NCBI GenBank assembly: GCA_963845515.1
Contig: CAWJSR010000022.1
Span: 1-64,000, forward strand
From: an uncultured delta proteobacterium
Lineage (GTDB): Bacteria; Myxococcota; Myxococcia; Myxococcales; Anaeromyxobacteraceae
Direction of reading: 5' to 3'
Length of the DNA stretch: 64,000 nt
Shown: piece after piece, positions 57,500 to 64,000 of the stretch
How the letters are laid out: every line of letters starts with the position of its first letter
Position numbering within the stretch: position 1 is the stretch's first letter
The notes under the pieces: model-generated
Seen by the model: only the letters and a program-made list of their open reading frames with translations
Database searches by the model: none
Told to the model about the DNA's origin: nothing
Translations under genes and position numbers: made by a program

Positions 57500-58197
57500 G
57501 CGGCTGGCCCCTGGGAGGGCGTGGTGGGGAGCCTGGTGCCGCGGACGTCGACGCTCGAGAAGACCTTGCCGAGGAACTCGCGCTCGGAGATGCCCCACTT
57601 CTGGTGGAGCCCTATCGACCGGTCCACGCTCCTGAAGGCGAGCTGGAGCAGCGCGTAGAGCGTCTCGACCACGCCCTCGGCGCGGATGGCGACCGCTGGG
57701 ACCACCGGCGGGCGGACGAGCGTCCTGAGGTCGCCGAGCTCCCCCTCTCCGCGCGCGTCCGGGAGGTCCATCTTGTTGAGCTGGATGACGATGGGCAGGG
57801 TTCGCCAGTCGAGCCCGTTCGCCTCCATGTTCTGGAGCATGTTGTTCCAGTAGGCGAGCGTCGCCTCCGCCTCGGAGCGGCGGCAGTCGGCGACGAAGAC
57901 CACGGCGTCGGTCCCCTGCAGCACGATCCGCCGGGTCGACTCGTGCATCACCTGGCCCGGCACGGTGAAGAGCTTCAGCTTCACCTTGACGCCCGACTGC
58001 GTCTTGAAGAACACGGGCATCATGTCGAAGAAGAGCGTCCGGTCGTCCTTGGTGTCGAGCGACATGAGCCGCCCACGCACCGCGGGATCGATCTTCTGGA
58101 ACAGCGCCTGGAGGTTGGTCGTCTTCCCCGACAGCGCAGGGCCGTAGTACACGACCTTGATCGTGATTTCGCGCGATTCCGGGTTGAATTGGACCAT
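57496..58197 (-). CDS. sofG: MglA-family small Ras-like GTPase, SofG-like
   Basis: G1 GPALSGKTTN, DRTLFFD, G3 TVPGQ, G4 NKMD; C-terminal extension; no adjacent mglB. Confidence 0.72.
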   Translation of the reverse strand: MVQFNPESREITIKVVYYGPALSGKTTNLQALFQKIDPAVRGRLMSLDTKDDRTLFFDMMPVFFKTQSGVKVKLKLFTVPGQVMHESTRRIVLQGTDAVVFVADCRRSEAEATLAYWNNMLQNMEANGLDWRTLPIVIQLNKMDLPDARGEGELGDLRTLVRPPVVPAVAIRAEGVVETLYALLQLAFRSVDRSIGLHQKWGISEREFLGKVFSSVDVRGTRLPTTPSQGPAA

Positions 58198-58344
58198 GCT
58201 TGGGGTTCCCGACGAAGTCTATGCATGCCCCGATGAGTTGATCCAGCACGCGGGCGTGGGACACCCGGTCGTTCCGGCCGTCCGGTTGGAGGTCTGGCCA
58301 CCTTCGTCTACACTCCCCTCCGGGGGAAGGAGCGGAAACCGTCG

Positions 58345-60114
58345 ATGAATACGACGGTCCCCAGGCGGACCGAGCAGCCGGCAGAGGCAGAGATCGTCGA
58401 GCGGCTCCAGTGGCTGCTCCGCCTGCGCTGGCTGATCGTGCCGGTCTTCGTCGCGGTCGACCTGGCCAGCGACCTGCTCAACGCCCGGCGCGCGCCGTGG
58501 ATCGCGCTCGTCGTCGGCGGGCTGCTCCTCGGGGCCAACGGCATCTACGGGTGGCTGCTCGGCCGGAGGTATCGGCTCTCGACGCTCCTCGTCTGGGCCC
58601 GCTTCGAGGCCGCGGCGGTCGTCGCCGTCCCGATCGTCGTCGTCCTGATCCACGGCGAGCCGGCGAGCCCCCTCCGGTACGGGGTCCTGGTGGGCGTGGT
58701 GGGCGCTGCCGCCATCCTCCCGACCACGACGGAGGTGACCCTCATCGGCGCGTGGGCGGTCGCCGCCCTCATCACCGCGGACGCGTGGCTCCTCGGGTTC
58801 GACTCCGGCCTGATCGACCAGGCGGTCGTCGCGCGGTGGACCATCGAGGCGGGGGTCACCATGACCGTCGCGATCCTGGCCGGATACCTCCACTCGACGC
58901 GGGACTGGGCGTCCGTGCGGTTGCGCTCGGCGCAGGAGCAGCTCGACCGGGCGCGGGCCGAGTGGGAGGCGACGTTCGACGACCTCCACGAGATGATCTT
59001 CATCGTCGACGCGGAGCAGCGCGTCGTCCGGGCCAATCGGGCCTTCGCGAGGATCCTCGGCGCCCGCCCCCACGAGCTGGCGGGGCGGCGGCTGCCCGAG
59101 CTGCTCGCGGGGCACCCGGAGCGCTGGTGGCTCTCGACCGGCGAGGGCTTCGCCGAGATCGAGGACCCCATCTTCGACACGTCCTTCGAGCTGAGCACCT
59201 CGCGCCGGGGGGACCGGTCGATCTGCGTCGCGCGCGACGTCGGCGAGCAGCGCCGCCTCTTCGCGCGGCTGGTCCAGGCCGACAAGCTGGCCGGCGTGGG
59301 CGTCCTGGCCTCCGGCGTCGCCCACGAGATCAACAACCCGACCGCCGTCGTGACCTCCAACCTCAGCGAGCTGAAGCGCTACGTGGAGACCTGGGAGGCG
59401 ACGATCGACGACCTCGCCGCCATCGCCGGCGGCGAGGGGGACGACGGCCGGGCGGCGGCGGCGCTCGCGCGGCCGGAGTTCGTCTTTGCCCGCCGTGAGG
59501 CCAGGGGCACGGTCGAGGAGAGCCTCACCGCCATGGAGCGCATCTCGCTCATCGTCGGCAACCTCCGCTCGGTGGTGCGGCGCGAGCCCGTCGGCGAGTC
59601 GGCCACGGCGGTCGACCTCGCCGAGGTCGTGCAGGCCGTCGCGCGCACGGCGGCGGCGGACCTGCGGCGCACCGGCGCCGACGTCAAGGTCGAGCCGAAC
59701 GTCTGGGTGCTCGGCCACCGCGGAGAGCTGGTCGACGTGGTCCTCAACCTCGTGGTGAACGCCATCCAGGCGGCCGCCGAGGGGCGGGCCAACCTGATCA
59801 CCATCGAGTGCCGCCGCGAGGGCCCGACCGCCCTCGTCCGCGTCCGGGACACCGGCAAGGGGATCCCGCCGGGCTTCATGCGCCGGCTCTTCGAGCCCTT
59901 CATCACCGCGCGCGCCGCCACCGAGGGGCCCGGCATCGGCCTTCCGCTGGCGCGCAAGATCGTCCTCGCCCACGCAGGCACGATCGACATCGCGAGCGAC
60001 GAGGGGGCCGGGTCGACCTTCACCGTGCGCCTGCCGATCCTCGAGACCGACGCGGTCCAGCGCTCGGGCCGCTCGCCGCGGGCCCCGCCGAAGTCCTCCC
60101 CGCTCCCCCACTGA
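58345..60114 (+). CDS. Membrane sensor histidine kinase with PAS domain
   Basis: About 5-6 TM segments, EWEATFD PAS start, AHEINNP, NLVVNA, DTGKG. Confidence 0.85.
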   Translation: MNTTVPRRTEQPAEAEIVERLQWLLRLRWLIVPVFVAVDLASDLLNARRAPWIALVVGGLLLGANGIYGWLLGRRYRLSTLLVWARFEAAAVVAVPIVVVLIHGEPASPLRYGVLVGVVGAAAILPTTTEVTLIGAWAVAALITADAWLLGFDSGLIDQAVVARWTIEAGVTMTVAILAGYLHSTRDWASVRLRSAQEQLDRARAEWEATFDDLHEMIFIVDAEQRVVRANRAFARILGARPHELAGRRLPELLAGHPERWWLSTGEGFAEIEDPIFDTSFELSTSRRGDRSICVARDVGEQRRLFARLVQADKLAGVGVLASGVAHEINNPTAVVTSNLSELKRYVETWEATIDDLAAIAGGEGDDGRAAAALARPEFVFARREARGTVEESLTAMERISLIVGNLRSVVRREPVGESATAVDLAEVVQAVARTAAADLRRTGADVKVEPNVWVLGHRGELVDVVLNLVVNAIQAAAEGRANLITIECRREGPTALVRVRDTGKGIPPGFMRRLFEPFITARAATEGPGIGLPLARKIVLAHAGTIDIASDEGAGSTFTVRLPILETDAVQRSGRSPRAPPKSSPLPH

Positions 60115-60129
60115 GGGAGCGGGCTCCCG

Positions 60130-62112
60130 CTAGCTCTCCCACCAGGCGCGCGCCTCCGCCACCGTCCGGCAGAGCGGGGCCGGGGGGAGCGTCGCGAGGA
60201 AGGCGCGGCCGTAGCTCTTCGTGACCAGCCGCCGGTCGAGCACCGCGACGATCCCGCGGTCGGCGCGTGTCCGGATCAGCCGGCCGAACCCCTGCTTCAG
60301 CGCGAGCGCCGCGGCCGGGACCTGGAGCTCACCGAAGCCGCTCCTCCCCTCCTCCTCCAGCGCCCTCACCCGCGCCGCCATGACCGGATCGTTGGGCGGC
60401 GCGAACGGCAGGCGGTCGATGATGACGAGCGAGAGCGGATCCCCGGGGACGTCGACCCCTTCCCAGAAGCTCTGGGTCGCGAAGAGGACCGAGGGCTCCT
60501 CCTGGAACGCCTGCAGCAGCTTCCCCTTCGGGCGCTCCCCCTGGATCAGGATCTGGTACGGGAGCCCGCGCGAGGCCGCGTACAGCGCCTGCATGTTCCG
60601 GATGGAGGTGCAGAGGACGAACGCCCGCCCACCGGTGATGGCGGTCAGCTCGCGGATCGCCTCGGCGGCGGCGGGGATGAAGCCGGGTGCGTTCGGCTCC
60701 GGCAGCCCCTCCGGCGCGACCAGCGCCGCCTGCCGGGAGTAGTCGAACGGCCCGTCGTAGCGCGCCTCCTCCACCTCGAAGAGGTCCGGCGAGAGCCCCA
60801 TCTGGCGCCGGAAGAAGTCGAACTTCCCCTGCGCGGCGAGGGTCGCGCTGGTGAAGATCACCGTGTCCGTGCGCCGGTAGAGCCGCTCCACCAGCTCCTC
60901 CGCGACGTCGATGGGGGCCGCGCGCAGGAAGACGCCCCGCCCACGGACCTCCGCGAAGTAGACGCGCGAGGGCTCCTTCATCGCCGTCACCGCGAGCAGC
61001 TCCACGCGCAGCTCGCCGGCGCGGCGCGCGATCTGCGCGAGGGCCGGGCTCTCCGCCTCGGTGAGCGCGTCGCGCAGCGTCCCGAGCGCGTCGTCGAGCC
61101 GGGCCTGCTCCGGCGCGAGCGGGTCGACGACGTCGGGGCCGATGGTCGCGCGCAGCCCCTCCTCCTCGTCCGGCGTCCGCCGCTGGCCGTGCGCGCGCCG
61201 CTGCTGCAGCCGCTCCGCCGACGGCCGCCCGCGGAGCCCGTCGGCCAGCGCGCCGAAGAAGCGCTCGCCGGCGCGGCGCAGCTCGCCCGTCTGCTCGCGC
61301 AGCATCGACGCGAGGTCCGGCCGGTCGGCCACCGCGCGCAGCGCGTCGCGCACCAGCTCCTCCACGCGGAAGGAGGAGACCTGGAGGCCGAAGTAGTCGG
61401 TGGCCACGTCCTCGAGCGCGTGGGCCTCGTCGAAGACGACCGCGTCGTACTCGGGGAGGACCTCCACCCCGGCGCGCGACGTCCGCATCGCCAGGTCGGC
61501 GAAGAAGAGGTGGTGGTTGACGAGGAGGACGTCGGCCGACGCCGCGCGGGCGCGCGCCTTCGTGACGAAGCACTCGTCCCAGAACGGGCACTCGCGCCCG
61601 AGGCAGGTGTCGGCGGTCGCCGAGAGGTCGCGCCAGGTGGCGAACTGGTCGGGGAGGTCGATCTCGCTCCGGTCCCCCGTCTCGGTGGAGCCGAGCCACG
61701 CCTGGATCCGCGGCCAGAGTTGGGCCTCCTCGCGGATCGCGAAGGTCGGCGCCCGGGCGAACGCCTCGCCCCGCTCGAGGCAGAAGTAGTTGGCCCGGCC
61801 CTTCAGGTAGGCGGCGTCGAACTCCAGGCCGGCCTTCCCGCGCAGCAGCGGGAGATCCTTGAACCAGATCTGCTCCTGGAGCGTCTTGGTGGCGGTCGAG
61901 ACGACGACGCGGCGCCCCGAGAGCGCGGCCGGGACGAGGTAGGCGAGGGTCTTCCCCGTGCCCGTCCCCGCCTCGGCCACGAGGTACCCGTGCGACGACA
62001 GGGCGCGCTCCACGGCGTGCGCCATGGAGAGCTGGTCCGCGCGGTGCTCGTACCCGGGTAGCGCCTGCGCGAGCCGCCCACCGGCCCCCAGGATCTCCTC
62101 GATGTCCGCCAC
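60130..62112 (-). CDS. dinG: ATP-dependent DNA helicase, DinG/YoaA family
   Basis: EAGTGTGKT, KGRANYFC, Fe-S Cys cluster, DEAH, FWEGVD, QGFGRLIR. Confidence 0.92.
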   Translation of the reverse strand: MADIEEILGAGGRLAQALPGYEHRADQLSMAHAVERALSSHGYLVAEAGTGTGKTLAYLVPAALSGRRVVVSTATKTLQEQIWFKDLPLLRGKAGLEFDAAYLKGRANYFCLERGEAFARAPTFAIREEAQLWPRIQAWLGSTETGDRSEIDLPDQFATWRDLSATADTCLGRECPFWDECFVTKARARAASADVLLVNHHLFFADLAMRTSRAGVEVLPEYDAVVFDEAHALEDVATDYFGLQVSSFRVEELVRDALRAVADRPDLASMLREQTGELRRAGERFFGALADGLRGRPSAERLQQRRAHGQRRTPDEEEGLRATIGPDVVDPLAPEQARLDDALGTLRDALTEAESPALAQIARRAGELRVELLAVTAMKEPSRVYFAEVRGRGVFLRAAPIDVAEELVERLYRRTDTVIFTSATLAAQGKFDFFRRQMGLSPDLFEVEEARYDGPFDYSRQAALVAPEGLPEPNAPGFIPAAAEAIRELTAITGGRAFVLCTSIRNMQALYAASRGLPYQILIQGERPKGKLLQAFQEEPSVLFATQSFWEGVDVPGDPLSLVIIDRLPFAPPNDPVMAARVRALEEEGRSGFGELQVPAAALALKQGFGRLIRTRADRGIVAVLDRRLVTKSYGRAFLATLPPAPLCRTVAEARAWWES

Positions 62113-62118
62113 CCGGGC

Positions 62119-64000
62119 CTACCCCCCCGGCTTCGCGCCCGCGGCCAGCTCGGCCGCGGTCATCTCGCGGAGCCCGTTGGCGTCGACGGTCAGGAAGAAG
62201 AGCTCCTTCTCGGGCATCCGGCGCGCGTCGAAGGTGATGTCCCCGGTGGCGCCCTTGAAGCCGCGGACGCTGGCGAGCCCGTCGCGGACAGCCTGCCGGC
62301 TCTTGGTGCGCGCCTGGTCGATGACGCCGCGCGCCATCCTGGCGGCGTCGTAGGCGCTCGCCTCGAGGATGGTCGGGGCGGAGTTCTGGCCGTACCTCCG
62401 CCGATAGGCGTCGACGAAGCGCTTGGTCTCTGCGCGCGCGGAGCCCGCGTAGAACCCGTCGACGTAGATGGCGCAGCGGACGTGACGGCCGACCGCACCC
62501 GGGGACTGGTCGAAGAGCGTCTCGTCGACTCCCCACGCGTTGCCGCCGAAGAGCTGCACCGCCTTGAGGCCGGGGCGCCCCGTCGTCTTGGCGATCCTCG
62601 CGACCTCCTCCTTGTCGCAGGTCTGCGAGACCACGTCCTCGACCGCGAGCGCAGGGGCGATCAGCTTCACGCTCTTCGCCTGGTCCGGGATGAAGACCGC
62701 GTCGAAGTCGGTGACCGGCGCGAGCTTCGCGAGCAGCTTCTCGACCGCCTTCCTGCGGCGGAACGCGTCCCGCTCGTTCTTCCCCGCCTCGCGCGCCGCC
62801 GCCTGGAAGTCGGACCGCTCCTCGAGGTAGAGCTTCCCGACCATGCTCTTCACGAGCGGCGTGAAGGTGGTCCTGTCCGACGAGTAGGTCTCGGCCGCGC
62901 GGATCTCGCCGCCGCGCGCCTCGACCTCGTCCCAGAAGGCGTTGGCGAGCTCCACCCCGTACGGGATCGACGGGTAGAACAGCGCGAAGCTGTGCATCCC
63001 GCGCTTCTCCATCGCGAACCGGGCCAGCGCCTTCGCCTGGGCGCTCGCCGTGAGCATGTTCTGGAAGACGAAGGGGCCCGCGTCGGTGACGCCGTCCTGC
63101 TTGGAGAGGGACAGGAACGGGATCTGGAGCTCCTCCGCGGTCGCGGCCGACCGCTCCGCCTCCGCGTTGGTGACGCCGCCCACGACGACGATCGCCCCCT
63201 CCTCCAGCGCCAGCGCCTCTATGGCGGCGGCCGCCCCGTCGGGCTCGCCCCGCGTGTCCCGGGAGACCACGCGCAGGGGGCTCCCCTCGCCGAGCGCGAG
63301 CGCGATCCCCTGCAGGATCGCCTCGCCCCAGCGCTTGTAGTTTCCGGAGAGCGGCACGGCGACGCCGATGACGTCCGGGCGCGAGAAGGTGAGGCGGCCG
63401 ACCCGCTCGACGAGCGCCTTCGCGTCGGCGGCCCACGGCGAGTCCGACCAGCGCAGGTACACCTCGCGGGCTGACGCCTCGGCGCTCGCGAAGTCGCGCA
63501 GGTGGAGCTGGATCCTGGCCAGCTTCATCACCACCGCCGGCATCACCGGTGAGTCGGCTGGGAGCTCCTCCTTCAGCCGCGCGACGTCGATGAAGGCGAG
63601 CCGGCCGTCTATCACCTCCGCCGCACGCCCCACCGCGGCGGCGCGCGCCTCGCCTGTGGTGACGGCGGCCGCCTCGACCAGCCAGCGCAGCTCCGCCTGC
63701 CAGTCGCGCAGCGACGCCGCGGCGGTGGCGGCCGACAGCGCCGCCTCGGCGCGCTGCCCGCCCTGCAGCCGCGGCCAGAGCGACGCGAGCGTGGCGAGCC
63801 CGTCCGCGGCCCGTCCGGCGGCGACGTTGGCGAGGGCCAGGTCGAACCTGGCGTCCTCCGCCCCCGAGTAGAGGGGATACTCGGTGACCACCCGCTGGAG
63901 CGCGACTGCGGCGCGCTCCGGCTGGCCGGCGGCGCGCCAGCGGCGCGCGGCCTCGTGGAGCGCCTCCGCCCCTGCGGGGACGCCCGGGTGACGCGCGGCG
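62119..64000 (-). CDS. LpoA-like penicillin-binding-protein activator / periplasmic-binding-fold protein with TPR region; 5' end outside window
   Basis: TPR-like helices, then IGVAVPLSG, DAVFIPD, AYDAA, GATGDITFD. Confidence 0.75.
   Translation of the reverse strand, partial: AARHPGVPAGAEALHEAARRWRAAGQPERAAVALQRVVTEYPLYSGAEDARFDLALANVAAGRAADGLATLASLWPRLQGGQRAEAALSAATAAASLRDWQAELRWLVEAAAVTTGEARAAAVGRAAEVIDGRLAFIDVARLKEELPADSPVMPAVVMKLARIQLHLRDFASAEASAREVYLRWSDSPWAADAKALVERVGRLTFSRPDVIGVAVPLSGNYKRWGEAILQGIALALGEGSPLRVVSRDTRGEPDGAAAAIEALALEEGAIVVVGGVTNAEAERSAATAEELQIPFLSLSKQDGVTDAGPFVFQNMLTASAQAKALARFAMEKRGMHSFALFYPSIPYGVELANAFWDEVEARGGEIRAAETYSSDRTTFTPLVKSMVGKLYLEERSDFQAAAREAGKNERDAFRRRKAVEKLLAKLAPVTDFDAVFIPDQAKSVKLIAPALAVEDVVSQTCDKEEVARIAKTTGRPGLKAVQLFGGNAWGVDETLFDQSPGAVGRHVRCAIYVDGFYAGSARAETKRFVDAYRRRYGQNSAPTILEASAYDAARMARGVIDQARTKSRQAVRDGLASVRGFKGATGDITFDARRMPEKELFFLTVDANGLREMTAAELAAGAKPGG

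Noticed and set aside
60329..63436. 1035-aa Arg/Gly-rich minus-strand ORF
   Set aside because: Alternative-frame shadow of dinG and the LpoA-like gene

Overview
Very GC-rich chromosomal segment from a myxobacterium, most likely Anaeromyxobacter-like, judged from recognisable AglR/Q/S, Dif (DifA/C/D/E/G) and SofG-like proteins. About 1-44 kb is a mosaic surface-polysaccharide region. It holds a degraded tailspike-like beta-helix gene, an FnlA/QnlA/QnlB-type (L-QuiNAc) set, a lower-GC Wzy/Wzx/GT2/glycerophosphotransferase/acyltransferase block, Wzc, rmlACBD, an O-antigen-ligase-TPR gene, fcl/gmd/GT11, a CDP-3,6-dideoxyhexose set and ugd. Four toxin-antitoxin-like modules are inserted in this region. 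Three are in tandem between rmlD and wzc (two of them nucleotidyltransferase modules), and each of the four has its own promoter overlapped by a palindrome. About 44-64 kb is conserved core: LON-N protein, divergent membrane pyrophosphatase, aglRQS, a histidine kinase, the dif chemosensory cluster, thiL, a PocR kinase, a SofG-like GTPase, a PAS kinase, DinG and an LpoA-like protein. Many genes in the first 40 kb carry single-base frameshifts, probably assembly indels. No rRNA, tRNA, CRISPR array or transposase was recognised. All family assignments are from motif recognition by eye; no searches were run.
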